Source of the DNA: an uncultured Gemmatimonadales bacterium
GTDB taxonomy: Bacteria; Gemmatimonadota; Gemmatimonadetes; Longimicrobiales; Gaopeijiaceae
Assembly: GCA_963809895.1 (NCBI GenBank)
Contig: CAWELD010000003.1
Coordinates: 928,001-992,000 of the forward strand
Length of the DNA: 64,000 nt
Reading direction: 5' to 3'
The notes below the pieces were generated by a model. That model ran no database searches, had not been told where the DNA came from, and was given only the letters and a program-made list of their open reading frames with translations. Each line of letters begins with the position of its first letter. The stretch's first letter is position 1. This document shows positions 46,412 to 59,843 of this stretch, in pieces. The position numbers and the translations under genes are program-made.

Positions 46412-48007
46412 ATGAACCAATCGTTGCACGACGAGGTCCGGCGCCGCCGGACCTTTGCCATCATCAGCCACCCGGACGCCGGGAAGACCACGCTCACCGA
46501 GAAGCTCCTCCTCTACGGCGGAGCCATCCATCTGGCGGGGTCCGTCAAGGCGCGCCGCGCCGCCCGCCACGCCACGTCCGACTGGATGGCCATGGAGCAG
46601 GAGCGGGGCATCAGCGTGACGTCGTCGGTGCTCCAGTTCGAGTACGGCGGCTACCGGGTGAACCTGCTGGACACCCCGGGCCACCAGGACTTTTCCGAAG
46701 ACACCTACCGCACGCTGGTGGCCGCCGATTCGGCGGTCATGCTGCTGGACAATCGGCGGGGCGTGGAGGAGCAGACCCGCAAGCTCTTCAACGTGTGCAA
46801 GCTGCGGCGCACCCCGGTCTTCACCCTGGTGAACAAGTGCGACCGCCCCGGCGAGGATCCCTTTCAGCTCCTGGACGACGTGGAGGCGGACCTGGGCGTG
46901 GCCTGTTATCCCATGACGTGGCCGCTGCACCGCGAGGGCCGCTTCGTCGGCGTCTACGACCGCTTCCACCGGCAGGTGCTCCTGTTCGCCCGTAGCGAGG
47001 ATCACGGCCAGTCCCGGGTGCACACCACCCAGGGCGCGCTCGACGACCCCGCGGTGGTCGCCGCCGCAGGCGAGGCGGCCCTGGCGCGTCTGCGTGAAGA
47101 GGTGGAGCTCCTGGACGCGGCCGGAGCCGAGTTCGACGAAGCCGCGGTGCGGGAGGGCACGCTGTCCCCCACCTTCTTCGCCTCGGCGCTCACCAACTTC
47201 GGGGTGGAGCCCTTCTTCCGGACCTTCCTGGAGCTGGCGCCGTCACCGCCGCCGCGGCCTACCTCCCAGGGACCGCTGTCCCCGGAATCCCCGGACTTCA
47301 CGGGCTTCGTCTTCAAGATCCAGGCGAACCTGGACCCCAAGCACCGGGACCGCATCGCCTTCGTGCGCGTCTGCTCGGGCCGCTTCGAGGCCGGTTCTGC
47401 GGCGACGAACCGCCGCACCGGCAAGGAGATCCGCCTGGCCCAGCCCCAGACCTTCATGGCCCGGGAGCGGCAAGCGGTGGAGGAAGCCTGGCCCGGCGAC
47501 GTGGTGGGCATCCACGACCGGGGGAGCCTGCGCATCGGCGACACGCTCACGGCCGGCCCCGAGCTGGACTTCAAGGACATCCCGCGGTTCTCGCCGGAGC
47601 ACTTCGCTCGCGTGAACATCCAGGATCCGCTTCGGCGCAAACACCTGGACACGGGACTGCGCCAGCTTTCCGAAGAAGGGGCCGCCCAGGTCTTCTACGC
47701 CGACTCCATCGCGGGCCCGGCGCCCATCGTGGGAGCCGTGGGTCCGCTGCAGTTCGACGTGCTCCTCCACCGGCTGGAGCACGAGTACGGCGTGGAGGCG
47801 CGCCTGGAACGGCTGCCCTACGTGGCGGCGCGCTGGATCACGGGGCCCGACGACGAGGTGGATCGGGTGCTGGCCGGGTACGACCGCGTGCGCGTGGAGG
47901 ACTCCCGCGGACGCCCGCTGGTGCTCTTCCAGAGCGAGTGGTCCATGCAGCGCGCCGAGGAAAAGGAGCGGGGCGGGCCGGTGGAGTTCCACGCGGTGGC
48001 GCCCTGA
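46412..48007 (+). CDS. prfC: Peptide chain release factor 3
   Basis: RRRTFAIISHPDAGKTTLTEKLLLYGGAI, DTPGHQDFSEDTYR, FKIQANLDPKHRDR. Confidence 0.98.
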   Translation: MNQSLHDEVRRRRTFAIISHPDAGKTTLTEKLLLYGGAIHLAGSVKARRAARHATSDWMAMEQERGISVTSSVLQFEYGGYRVNLLDTPGHQDFSEDTYRTLVAADSAVMLLDNRRGVEEQTRKLFNVCKLRRTPVFTLVNKCDRPGEDPFQLLDDVEADLGVACYPMTWPLHREGRFVGVYDRFHRQVLLFARSEDHGQSRVHTTQGALDDPAVVAAAGEAALARLREEVELLDAAGAEFDEAAVREGTLSPTFFASALTNFGVEPFFRTFLELAPSPPPRPTSQGPLSPESPDFTGFVFKIQANLDPKHRDRIAFVRVCSGRFEAGSAATNRRTGKEIRLAQPQTFMARERQAVEEAWPGDVVGIHDRGSLRIGDTLTAGPELDFKDIPRFSPEHFARVNIQDPLRRKHLDTGLRQLSEEGAAQVFYADSIAGPAPIVGAVGPLQFDVLLHRLEHEYGVEARLERLPYVAARWITGPDDEVDRVLAGYDRVRVEDSRGRPLVLFQSEWSMQRAEEKERGGPVEFHAVAP

Positions 48008-48065
48008 GGGGATCCCCCGGCTGGAGTGCCCGACGGCGCGTGCCGCCGATGCGCGTCTCGTGCCC

Positions 48066-49100
48066 TCAACGCCCGGTGAGAAGAGGCAGGAGCGGCGTGT
48101 ACACGACCCGGCCCGTCACCCGGCCGCGCTCGTCCATCCCCCCGACCAGCACCAGGTAGCCCGCGGCCCGGGCCAGCCCCCGGTGGTCCATGGACGGAGG
48201 GGGAGGCGGAAGGCGCCGCCACACACCGGTGTCCGAGTCCAGCAGCAGGGCCACCCCGTTGGGTTCGGACCGCTTCCCGTCGTAGCCCAGCCCGTCGAAG
48301 TTGTACGGCCTCTCCGTGCCACCGACGAGGACCACCCGGGTCCCGACGACCGCCGCCGCGCCCCGGTAGATGCCCGGACCGGGATGGTCCGGCAGCCGGC
48401 TCCACCGGATGCGAGCGGGGTCACTCGGGTCCAGCTCGCCCCGCCACACCGCCCGATTCAGCGCGTATCGCGGTGGGCCGTCGGTCTGGCGCACCCCATC
48501 GACGTAGAGGATCTCGTCCCGTACCACCCCGCCGGTGTGGCCGAAGACCGGAGTTCCGGGGATCGGCGTACCGGCGCGCCAGGTGTCGGTGGCGGGGTCG
48601 TAAAGCTGCACCGCGCGCACGTTGGTGCTGTCGCTCCACCCCGACACCAGCACCACCAGCGAATCCCGCCACACCCCGGACACGGCATCGTCCACGGGCA
48701 TGGGAATCGGTGCACCCGCGCTCCAGCGGTCCGTGTCGGGATCGTAGACGTCCACGCGACCGAGCGTGTGCTCGCTGCCGTCGGCGGCCACGGTATACCC
48801 GCCCAGCAGATAGATGCGCCCCTTCACGCTCTGGGCCGTGGCGGCGATCCGCCGGGGGCCGGGGGCCGGTGCCACCTCGGTCCAGGCATCGCTGCCCACG
48901 TTCCAGCGGAAGACCCGGTTGGTGATGCCGTCCCAACGCAGGGTCCCGTCGATGCCGGCCAGGCTGAACACTGCCGGCCCGTCGGCCGTCTCCACGCCCA
49001 CCACCGCGTTGTTGCTCACCGGCACCGGGAGTGCCGGTCCCTCCTGCCACGGTGCAGCGACCGCGGCCTGCAGCGCCAGGACGAGCGCCAGGCCCGTCAC
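48066..49100 (-). CDS. Secreted Kelch-repeat protein
   Basis: IYLLGG, VDVYDPDTDRW, VQLYDPATDTW, VVLVGG, LVLVGG repeats. Confidence 0.88.
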   Translation of the reverse strand: MTGLALVLALQAAVAAPWQEGPALPVPVSNNAVVGVETADGPAVFSLAGIDGTLRWDGITNRVFRWNVGSDAWTEVAPAPGPRRIAATAQSVKGRIYLLGGYTVAADGSEHTLGRVDVYDPDTDRWSAGAPIPMPVDDAVSGVWRDSLVVLVSGWSDSTNVRAVQLYDPATDTWRAGTPIPGTPVFGHTGGVVRDEILYVDGVRQTDGPPRYALNRAVWRGELDPSDPARIRWSRLPDHPGPGIYRGAAAVVGTRVVLVGGTERPYNFDGLGYDGKRSEPNGVALLLDSDTGVWRRLPPPPPSMDHRGLARAAGYLVLVGGMDERGRVTGRVVYTPLLPLLTGR

Positions 49101-49308
49101 GGCGCGACCCCCGCCGGCTGCGGAAAAGCAGGCGGGACGCGGAAATCGCGCGGATGTGCGAGGTCGGTCGGCATGGTTCTCGGAGCAGGGGTGGACGCAC
49201 GAGCCGGACCCGGTAGCTTCGGTGAGCCGGCCGCGCGGAGCAAGGGTGACGGAGGCCCTGCCACGGGCGTCTTGCCCCGCCCCTCATCCCTTGGATACCT
49301 TATCTGGC

Positions 49309-51806
<2,498 letters not shown>

Positions 51807-51808
51807 CC

Positions 51809-52597
51809 ATGTTCGACCGCTTCACCCTCATCGCCGGGCCCTGCGTCCTGGAAGACGACGCCCTCAACCTCGAGGTGGGGCGTGAGCTCGTGCGCATGTC
51901 GGAAGCGCTCGAGCTTCCGGTGGTCTTCAAGGCGTCCTTCGACAAGGCCAACCGCTCCAAGTTGGACGCGCCTCGGGGGCCGGGGCTGCTGGAGGGCTTG
52001 CCGCTGCTGGACCGGGTGAAGGTGGAGACGGGCCTCCCGCTCCTCACCGACGTGCACGAGCCGGGGCAGTGCGGGCCCGCCGCCGAGGTCGTGGACGTGT
52101 TGCAGATTCCCGCGTTCCTGTGCCGTCAGACCGACCTGTTGGTGGCGGCGGGCGAGACGGGCCGGGCCGTCAACATCAAGAAAGGCCAGTGGATGGCGCC
52201 GGAAGAGATGACGGCGGCCGTGGACAAAGCCCGCCGGTCGGGAGCTCGCGAGGTGACGGTCACCGAGCGCGGCACCTTTTTCGGCTACGGGAACCTGGTG
52301 GTGGACATGCGCTCGTTCGCTCGCATCCGGGCGGCCGCGGGCGTGCCCGCCATCTTCGACGGCACCCACTCGGTGCAGCGTCCCGGGCGTGCCGACGGCG
52401 CCAGCGGGGGCGATCCCGAGCACATCCCGGCGCTGGTGCGCGCCGCGGTGGCGGCGGGGTGCGACGGCCTCTTCCTGGAGACCCACCCCGAGCCGTCGCG
52501 GGCCCCCTCGGACAGCACCAACATGCTGCCGCTGGCACGGCTGCCGGCGCTGCTGGCCGACGTGCTGGCCCTGCGCGAGGCGCTCGCCCGTGGCTGA
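51809..52597 (+). CDS. kdsA: Kdo-8-phosphate synthase
   Basis: IAGPCVLE, FKASFDKANRS, LQIPAFLCRQTDL, NIKKGQ, FDGTHSVQ. Confidence 0.97.
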   Translation: MFDRFTLIAGPCVLEDDALNLEVGRELVRMSEALELPVVFKASFDKANRSKLDAPRGPGLLEGLPLLDRVKVETGLPLLTDVHEPGQCGPAAEVVDVLQIPAFLCRQTDLLVAAGETGRAVNIKKGQWMAPEEMTAAVDKARRSGAREVTVTERGTFFGYGNLVVDMRSFARIRAAAGVPAIFDGTHSVQRPGRADGASGGDPEHIPALVRAAVAAGCDGLFLETHPEPSRAPSDSTNMLPLARLPALLADVLALREALARG

Positions 52598-53210
52598 GCA
52601 CTCCCGCAGGGCCGTGCCCGAAGCCGTGGTGGCGGCGTCGTCGACGCTGCCCGGCGAGATCGCCAGGCGGATCCGCCTGGTCATCTTCGACGTGGACGGC
52701 GTGCTCACCGACGCCGCCGTGTACCTGGGGCGCACGTCGGCCGGTGAGGCCGTGGAGCTCAAGCGCTTCGACATCCAGGACGGGCTGGGCATGAAGTTCC
52801 TGCTGGACGCCGGCATGCAGGTCGCCATGGTGTCGGGCCGCATGTCCGAAGCCACCACTCTGCGAGCCGAGGAACTGGGAATCGAGGAGTGCCATCAGGA
52901 CGCCGGGGCCGACAAGCTGCCCCTGGTGGAGGGCCTCCTCGAACGTCACGGCGTGACCTGGGCCGAGACCGCCATGCTCGCCGACGATCTCCCGGACCTG
53001 GCCGTCCTGAGCCGGGTGGGATTGCCCGCCGCGGTGGCCAACGCCCAGCCCGAGATCCGGGAGCGGGCCACCTGGGTGTCGCACCGTGCGGGCGGACACG
53101 GCGCGGCCCGGGAGTTCTGCCGCGCGCTGCTCACGGCCCGGGGCCAATGGGACCAGGTGTGCGCCGCGTACGTCGCCGCCAGGGGCGGCGATGCGGGAGG
53201 TGGCTCGTGA
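52590..53210 (+). CDS. kdsC: Kdo-8-phosphate phosphatase (HAD)
   Basis: IFDVDGVLTD, FDIQDG, GGHGAAREF. Confidence 0.93.
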   Translation: MAEHSRRAVPEAVVAASSTLPGEIARRIRLVIFDVDGVLTDAAVYLGRTSAGEAVELKRFDIQDGLGMKFLLDAGMQVAMVSGRMSEATTLRAEELGIEECHQDAGADKLPLVEGLLERHGVTWAETAMLADDLPDLAVLSRVGLPAAVANAQPEIRERATWVSHRAGGHGAAREFCRALLTARGQWDQVCAAYVAARGGDAGGGS

Positions 53211-54205
53211 GCGCCCCGGCCCGTACCGATGCGGCTCCCACGGCGGCGGACATCCTCGCCGAAGGCCGGCGCGTGCTGGAGGTGGAGGCGCGTGCGTTGG
53301 CCGGGCTGCCGGCTCGGCTCGACGAGCAGTTCGTGGAGGCGTGCCGGCTGGTGGCGCGGGCCCCGGGACGGGTGATCGTGTCGGGCATCGGCAAGAGCGG
53401 CATCATCGCGCGCAAGATCGCCGCGACCCTCACCTCGACGGGCACTCCGGCCACCTTCCTGCACCCGGTGGAGGGGCTCCACGGCGACCTGGGCATCGTC
53501 AGCCGCGACGACGTGGCGGTCCTGCTGTCCAAGAGCGGCGAGACCGGCGAGCTGGCCGGCCTCATCGACTATCTGCTGCGCCTGGGCGTGCCCATCGTGG
53601 CCATGACCGGACGCACCGACTCGTCGCTGGCTCGCCATGCCGCCATGGTCCTGGACTGCTCGGTGGACGAGGAGGCATGTCCCATGGATCTGGCCCCGAC
53701 CTCGTCCACCACGGCCACGCTGGCGGTGGGTGACGCGCTGGCCGTGGTGGTCCTGGGTCTCAAGGGATTCCATCCCGACGACTTCGCCCGCCTCCATCCC
53801 GGGGGCGCCCTGGGGCGCAAGCTCACGGTGCGCGTTCGTGACGTCATGGTGGCCGATGGGTACCCCAGCGTGCCCCGCGACGCCGTCATGCGCGCCACCG
53901 TGGTCCCCATCGCCGAGATGCGGGGCACCGTGCCCGTCGTGGACGTGGAGCGGCATGTAGTGGGGGTGGTGACCGCCGGTGACCTCACGCGCCTCATGGA
54001 GCGCGACGAAACCGGTTGGCCCGAGACGCGCGTGGAGGACGTCATGAGCCGTACGCCCCGGACGGCGGCGGCGGACGAACGCGGGTCGGCGGTGGTGCAC
54101 CGCATGGAGGAGGCGGGCGTGATGGCCATGCCCGTGGTGGATTCCGAGGGTCGCCTGGAGGGGGTCGTCCACCTCCACGACCTCATGAGAGCGGGGGCCG
54201 TATGA
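53207..54205 (+). CDS. kdsD: Arabinose-5-phosphate isomerase (KpsF/GutQ, SIS plus CBS)
   Basis: SGIGKSG, LTSTGTP, HGDLG, EACPMDLAPTSST, HPGGALG, HLHDL. Confidence 0.96.
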   Translation: MSAPARTDAAPTAADILAEGRRVLEVEARALAGLPARLDEQFVEACRLVARAPGRVIVSGIGKSGIIARKIAATLTSTGTPATFLHPVEGLHGDLGIVSRDDVAVLLSKSGETGELAGLIDYLLRLGVPIVAMTGRTDSSLARHAAMVLDCSVDEEACPMDLAPTSSTTATLAVGDALAVVVLGLKGFHPDDFARLHPGGALGRKLTVRVRDVMVADGYPSVPRDAVMRATVVPIAEMRGTVPVVDVERHVVGVVTAGDLTRLMERDETGWPETRVEDVMSRTPRTAAADERGSAVVHRMEEAGVMAMPVVDSEGRLEGVVHLHDLMRAGAV

Positions 54206-54783
54206 TGAAGGGAGGCAGGGGCTTGGTGCCGATGCTCATGGCGATCGCCATGGGGCTGGTCGCGTGTCAGGAGGAGCCGTCCACCACGGTGGCCGGCGAA
54301 GGCCTGCAGGAGCTCGCAGCCGACAACGTCGTGTACGGGCTGGAGGAGATCCTCACCCAGGACGGGGTGCGCAGCGGCATCGTACGCGCCGACTCGGCCT
54401 ACGTGTTCGGCGATTCGGCGCTGTCGCACCTCTACGAAGTGGACATGACGCTCTACAACGACCAGGGACGCGACCGGGCGCACCTGACCGCCGACCGCGG
54501 CGTGCTCCACCAGCGCAGTGAGCTCATGACCGCCGAGGGCAACGTGGTGCTCCGGGTCCTGGACCAGGGGGTCACGGTGGAGACCTCGCGGCTGCGTTAC
54601 GACCCCAGCTCCCAGATGATCAGCAGCGACACCGTGTCCACCTTCCGGAGAGACGGCAAGGTCCAGCACGGCACCTGCTTCCGCTCCGATCTGCAGTTCA
54701 CCTCCTACTCGGTGTGCCAGCCGGTGGGCGCCATCTTCGAGCCCGGCGAACAGGGCAACGGTGGCGGCGGAGCGCCCCGGTGA
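54202..54783 (+). CDS. lptC: LPS export protein LptC-like
   Basis: Position between kdsD and lptA; lipobox-like LVAC; jellyroll-type LTADRG, AEGNVV, ETSRLRYD. Confidence 0.8.
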   Translation: MMKGGRGLVPMLMAIAMGLVACQEEPSTTVAGEGLQELAADNVVYGLEEILTQDGVRSGIVRADSAYVFGDSALSHLYEVDMTLYNDQGRDRAHLTADRGVLHQRSELMTAEGNVVLRVLDQGVTVETSRLRYDPSSQMISSDTVSTFRRDGKVQHGTCFRSDLQFTSYSVCQPVGAIFEPGEQGNGGGGAPR

Positions 54784-56369
54784 GACTCCTTCTGCTCGCG
54801 TCCCTGTCCCTGGTGGCGGCTGCGGCCGCCCTCGTCCTGGCACCGGCCGTGGTCCGGGCCCAGGGGGTGGGGTGCGAGTTCCTGCCGGGAACCAACAACG
54901 TCGAGGGGCGGGTCTCGGGCTCGTCGCGCATCACCTACGTGTCCCGGCCCCGCATCCGGTGCTCCGACGGCCGCTACATCGAGGCGGACAGCGCGGTGTC
55001 CTTCGAGTCGTCGGGCTACACCGAGCTCACGGGCCGCGTCTACTTCCAGGACCCGGACAAGAGCCTCCGGGCCCAGGAGGCCCGCTACTACGACAACCTG
55101 GGCCGCGTCGAAGCCACGGGCTCGGTCGTGCTCACGGACCGCCAGACGGGCAACGTGCTGCGGGGTGAGCGGCTCCTGTACCTGCGCCAGTCCCGCGCGC
55201 GCTCCCAGGAGGAGCTCACCATGACGGGGGGGCGCCCGGAGGCGACCCTCTATCCCGAGCCCGACTCCACGGCCGCTCCCGACGACGAGGTGGTGCCCTA
55301 CGAGGTGGTGGCGGACCGCATCTACCTCCTGGGAGACCGGCGCTTCCAGGCCAACGGCAACGTCGAGGTCGAGCGGGACTCCCTGACCGCCTCCGGCCAG
55401 ACCATGGACTACGACCGCGAGGCCGGCACCATCGACTTCACCGGCGGCTCCCGGGTCAAGCAGGGCGAGATGGACCTCACCGGCCGCGAGATCCACATGG
55501 TCCTTCCCCAGAACCGCATCCGCGAGGTGACCGCGCGGGAGGAGTCCCGGCTCATGGGGCAGGACGTGGACCTCGAGGCCCACACCATCCGGCTCTTCCT
55601 CACCGACGGCGAGCTCGACCGCGTGGTGGCCGTGGGCGCCAGCCGCGTGCTCGGGGGCGCCCAGGGTGATTCGACCCAAAGCGCCATGGCGCCGCCCGCC
55701 GCCCCCACGACCCAGCCCACGCCGCCCGACTCGATCGCAGCGGATTCCACGCGTGCGCCGCGCCAGGCCGTGGCCACGGCGGAGACGCTGGTGGCCACCG
55801 CAGACTCCCTGGACATCGTGGCTCCGGGCCAGACGCTGGAGCGCCTGGTGGCCATCGGGACGGCGCGGGCCGTCTCCAACGCCCGGGACAGCCTCAACAC
55901 CCCGGACATGCCCGACTTCATCCGCAAGGACTGGATCAGCGGCGACACCGTCATCGCGGTCCTCCACCCCGACACCTCGGCCCAGGCTCGGGCGCGGCCG
56001 GATTCGGCCCGTCGGCCCTACGTGCTGGAGCGCCTGGTGGCGAGCCTCAACGCCCGCAGCTTCTACCGCTTGGACCCTGATTCCACCGAGGGCGCACCTC
56101 CGCGTCCGGACACGGCCCGGGCACCGGAGCCGATGGCCCGGCCGGACAGCATCGCCGCTCCTCCGGACAGCCTGCAGGTGGCGCCGGACAGCGTCCCCAC
56201 AGGGCCGCGACGCCCCAGGCTGCCCATCAACTACGTGGAAGCCGACCGCATCGTCATCGAGTTCAAGGACGGTGCGGTGGACCGCATGGATCTCACCGGT
56301 CTAAGGCGTGGCATCTATCTGACGCCGGGGAGCGGCTCGCGTACCTCCCGTGTCGGAGGCGAGCCGTGA
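54780..56369 (+). CDS. Extended LptA/OstA-like beta-jellyroll protein
   Basis: Signal peptide; repeated ADSA/ADRI, ATGSVV, ANGNVEV segments; Pro-rich PDS linkers; directly upstream of lptB. Confidence 0.8.
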   Translation: MRLLLLASLSLVAAAAALVLAPAVVRAQGVGCEFLPGTNNVEGRVSGSSRITYVSRPRIRCSDGRYIEADSAVSFESSGYTELTGRVYFQDPDKSLRAQEARYYDNLGRVEATGSVVLTDRQTGNVLRGERLLYLRQSRARSQEELTMTGGRPEATLYPEPDSTAAPDDEVVPYEVVADRIYLLGDRRFQANGNVEVERDSLTASGQTMDYDREAGTIDFTGGSRVKQGEMDLTGREIHMVLPQNRIREVTAREESRLMGQDVDLEAHTIRLFLTDGELDRVVAVGASRVLGGAQGDSTQSAMAPPAAPTTQPTPPDSIAADSTRAPRQAVATAETLVATADSLDIVAPGQTLERLVAIGTARAVSNARDSLNTPDMPDFIRKDWISGDTVIAVLHPDTSAQARARPDSARRPYVLERLVASLNARSFYRLDPDSTEGAPPRPDTARAPEPMARPDSIAAPPDSLQVAPDSVPTGPRRPRLPINYVEADRIVIEFKDGAVDRMDLTGLRRGIYLTPGSGSRTSRVGGEP

Positions 56370-57313
56370 GCGACGACCTGACTTCTCCCTGGACTCCCTA
56401 CGAGGACGACGTGGACACCACCGCCGACGACCCGATCCCCGAGACGCGCCCCGTGGACGCGCCTGCGGGCACCGAGCCGAACACGGTGGGGGCGCACGTG
56501 CCCGTGTCCGTGGCGCCTCCCTCTCACGGCAGCCGTTTCTGGGCCGAAGGGCTCACCAAGGTCTACCGCCGGCGCAAGGTCGTGAACGACGTGGCGATCT
56601 CGGTGGAGCAGGGAGAGATCGTGGGCTTGCTCGGGCCCAACGGGGCGGGGAAGACGACCACCTTCTACATGATGGTGGGGTTGATCCCGCCGGATGCCGG
56701 GACGGTCTACCTCGACGACGAGGACCTCACGGGCGTGCCCATGTACAAGCGCGCACGCATGGGCGTGGGGTACCTGGCCCAGGAGCCGTCCATCTTCCGC
56801 AAGCTCACGGTCGAGGAGAACGTCCGGGCCATCCTCGAGACCATGGACATGCGCAAGGCCGAGCGGAAGCAGCGGCTGGAGGAGCTGCTCGACGAGCTCT
56901 CCATGGCGCATCTCCGGGACAACAAGGCCTACTCGCTGTCCGGCGGAGAGCGCCGGCGGCTCGAGATCACCCGCGCCCTGGTGCAGCGCCCCAAGTTCAT
57001 GCTCCTGGACGAGCCCTTCGCCGGCATCGATCCCATCGCCGTCAACGACATCCAGGAGATCGTGGCCGAGCTGAAGACCCGGGGAATCGGCGTCATCATC
57101 ACGGACCACAACGTGGAGCAGACGCTGGAAATCGTGGACCGTGCCTACATCATGTACGAGGGACGCATTCGCGTGACGGGCACCGTCTCGGAGCTCGTCT
57201 GGAACGATGAGGTTGCGGAGATCTATCTGGGACCCACGCTGACGCATCGGATGAGGGCGCGCTTCGCCCGCCCCGTGTCCAGCCCGACGCCCGAGCGCCG
57301 GACGGAGTCATGA
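56366..57313 (+). CDS. lptB: LPS export ABC transporter ATPase
   Basis: [57 protein letters not shown]-terminal acidic extension. Confidence 0.96.
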   Translation: MSDDLTSPWTPYEDDVDTTADDPIPETRPVDAPAGTEPNTVGAHVPVSVAPPSHGSRFWAEGLTKVYRRRKVVNDVAISVEQGEIVGLLGPNGAGKTTTFYMMVGLIPPDAGTVYLDDEDLTGVPMYKRARMGVGYLAQEPSIFRKLTVEENVRAILETMDMRKAERKQRLEELLDELSMAHLRDNKAYSLSGGERRRLEITRALVQRPKFMLLDEPFAGIDPIAVNDIQEIVAELKTRGIGVIITDHNVEQTLEIVDRAYIMYEGRIRVTGTVSELVWNDEVAEIYLGPTLTHRMRARFARPVSSPTPERRTES

Positions 57314-58818
57314 ATCAGTTCAACACGCGGCTCTTCCAGAGCCAGCAGCTCAAGCAGGAGATGCGGATCAACCCACGCCTGTACCAGGCGATGGAGTTGC
57401 TCTACATGCCGCTGCTGGACCTGCAGCAGCATCTGAAGCAGGAAATGGCCGAGAACCCCTTCCTGGAGATGTCCGAGGCCGACGTGCAGCAGGAGGTCGA
57501 GCTCAAGGAGGAGGCCCCGGACGACGGTACCACCGAAGACGAGATCGACTGGGAGGAGATCCTCCTGGACGGCTTCGACGCCGGCGGCCGCAAGCAGGAA
57601 TACGAACACCGCGAGTACATCCCCCCGACGGCGGTGGACAAGCCGGACCTCCACGACCACCTGGCCGAGCAGCTCCGCATGCTCGACCTGGACGAGCGGG
57701 CCATGCGCCTGGGTGAGGAGATCCTGGGCAACCTGGACGACACGGGCATCCTCACCTGCTCGCTCGAAGAGGTGGTGGAGGGCGCCAACGATTGGCTGAA
57801 GGACGTGCGCGAGGTCGCCCTGGAACGCGCCCACGCCCTGGACGACGACGAGGAGCGCGCCCAGGAGCTGGCCGAGGTCGAGCGGCTGTTCTCGCCGTAC
57901 GTGGTCGAGGAGGCCGAAGCGGTGCTGGAGCGCATCCAGACCATGGAGCCCGCCGGGATCGGCGCCCGGGATCTGCGCGAATGCATCCTCATTCAGATGC
58001 GGCAGGCCGGCGAGGACGACTCCACGGCCTACACCATCGTGCACGACCATTTCGACGACCTGGTCAACCACCGCTGGTCGGACATCGCCCGGGCCATGGG
58101 GATCTCGGCCAAGGCGGTCCAGGACGCCACGGACGAGTTGGGACACTTCGATCCCAAGCCCGGCATGGCCATGTCCGCCGAGCCCGACCACTACGTGATC
58201 CCCGATCTCATCGTGGAGAAGATCGGCGGGGAGTACATGGTGTTCGTCAACGACACCAACCTCCCACGGTTGCGCATCTCCAGGGCCTACCGCGAAGTGG
58301 CCAGGGACCGCAACAAGTTCACCGGCGAGAACAAGGAGTTCATCTCGTCGAAGCTCAACTCCGCCAACTGGATGATCCAGGCCATCGAGCAGCGTCGCCA
58401 GACCATGCTCAAGGTCATGAACTTCATCGTGGACCGGCAGCGCGAGTTCTTCGAGAAGGGCGTGCAGCATCTGCGTCCGCTGACGCTGCGCGAGGTGGCC
58501 GAGCACATCGACATGCACGAGTCCACCGTGTCGCGGGTCACCAACGAGAAGTACTGCCAGACGCCCCGGGGCGTCTTCCACCTCAAGTTCTTCTTCTCGT
58601 CGGGCCTCTCCACCGCCAGCGGCGAGGACATCTCGGCCCGGGGCGTGAAGGACAAGATCAAGAACCTCGTGGACGGCGAGAACTCCAAGAAGCCCCTCAC
58701 CGACCAGGCGCTGGTGCGTCTGCTCGAGGAGGACGGCGTCAAGATCGCCCGCCGCACCGTGGCCAAGTACCGGGACCAGCTCGGGATCCTCCCGGCGCGG
58801 ATGCGGAAGCGCGTCTGA
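57310..58818 (+). CDS. rpoN: RNA polymerase sigma-54 factor
   Basis: Gln-rich region [22 protein letters not shown], RpoN box ARRTVAKYR. Confidence 0.98.
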   Translation: MNQFNTRLFQSQQLKQEMRINPRLYQAMELLYMPLLDLQQHLKQEMAENPFLEMSEADVQQEVELKEEAPDDGTTEDEIDWEEILLDGFDAGGRKQEYEHREYIPPTAVDKPDLHDHLAEQLRMLDLDERAMRLGEEILGNLDDTGILTCSLEEVVEGANDWLKDVREVALERAHALDDDEERAQELAEVERLFSPYVVEEAEAVLERIQTMEPAGIGARDLRECILIQMRQAGEDDSTAYTIVHDHFDDLVNHRWSDIARAMGISAKAVQDATDELGHFDPKPGMAMSAEPDHYVIPDLIVEKIGGEYMVFVNDTNLPRLRISRAYREVARDRNKFTGENKEFISSKLNSANWMIQAIEQRRQTMLKVMNFIVDRQREFFEKGVQHLRPLTLREVAEHIDMHESTVSRVTNEKYCQTPRGVFHLKFFFSSGLSTASGEDISARGVKDKIKNLVDGENSKKPLTDQALVRLLEEDGVKIARRTVAKYRDQLGILPARMRKRV

Positions 58819-59843
58819 TGGCCCGGGACCCGGCCGGATCCGCGCCGGCCCGGTCGGGCGCCACGTCGCCCGCGACGCCCCGCACCGACGCCGTCGACGC
58901 CGCCCGGGGCCTGGACGATGCCCTGCGGCGCGACTTCTGCGTGGTGGTGCCGGCGTTCGACGAGGCGCCGGCCGTCCCGGAGTTGGTGCGATCGCTCCGC
59001 GACGCCTTCCAACGCTACCGACTCGAGGGCGAGGTGCTCCTGGTGGACGACGGATCCACCGACGGCACCGGCGAGCTGGCCCAACGGGAGGCGGGTGACT
59101 GGAAGGCCTTCCGGGTGGTGCGCCACCGGGTGAACCTGGGCAAGGCCGAGGCCATCCAGACGGCCGCGGCCCACACCGAGCGCACCTGGCTGGTGCTGTT
59201 CGACGCCGATCTGCAGCACCATCCCGACGAGATCCCCCGTTTCCTGGCCAAGCTGCAGGAAGGGTGGGACATCGTCACGGGCCGCAAGGTGGGTGCCTAC
59301 GACAAGCGCGCCGTGTCGTCGGTCTACAACGGACTCAGCCGCCGCATCTTCAAGGTGCCCGTCTCGGATCTCAACTCCATGAAGGCGTTCCGCCGCGAGA
59401 TCCTGGACGACATCCACCTGCGCCACGACTGGCACCGCTTCTTCGTGGTGCTGGCCCACGCCCGCGGATGGAGCGTCACCGAGATCGACATCCCCCTGTT
59501 CCCGCGCGTGGCGGGCACCTCGAAGTTCCGGGGGCCCTGGCGCATCGTGGTGGGGTTGCTGGATCTGGTGAGCGTCTGGTTCCTGCTTCTCTTCTCGCGC
59601 AAGCCGCTCCTGCTGTTCGGCTCCATGGGTGCCGGCCTGCTCGCCGCGGGCTTCCTGGTCGGGCTGGTGGCCTTCTGGCTGCGGTTCGGGATGGGATTCG
59701 GATTCCGGCCCCTCCTGTACCTGGTCATTCTGCTGGTGACGGTGGGCGTCATCCTCCTGGGGGTGGGCCTGCTGGCCGAGATGGTGGCGCAGCTCCGCGA
59801 CGAGGTGGACGTCCTGCGCCGCGACCGGCGAGGCGGCGCGTGA
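58818..59843 (+). CDS. GT2 polyprenyl-phosphate glycosyltransferase (ArnC/CsbB-like, two C-terminal TM helices)
   Basis: VVVPAFDE, VDDGSTDGT, FDADLQH, GWDIVTG, RVAGTSKF. Confidence 0.92.
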   Translation: MARDPAGSAPARSGATSPATPRTDAVDAARGLDDALRRDFCVVVPAFDEAPAVPELVRSLRDAFQRYRLEGEVLLVDDGSTDGTGELAQREAGDWKAFRVVRHRVNLGKAEAIQTAAAHTERTWLVLFDADLQHHPDEIPRFLAKLQEGWDIVTGRKVGAYDKRAVSSVYNGLSRRIFKVPVSDLNSMKAFRREILDDIHLRHDWHRFFVVLAHARGWSVTEIDIPLFPRVAGTSKFRGPWRIVVGLLDLVSVWFLLLFSRKPLLLFGSMGAGLLAAGFLVGLVAFWLRFGMGFGFRPLLYLVILLVTVGVILLGVGLLAEMVAQLRDEVDVLRRDRRGGA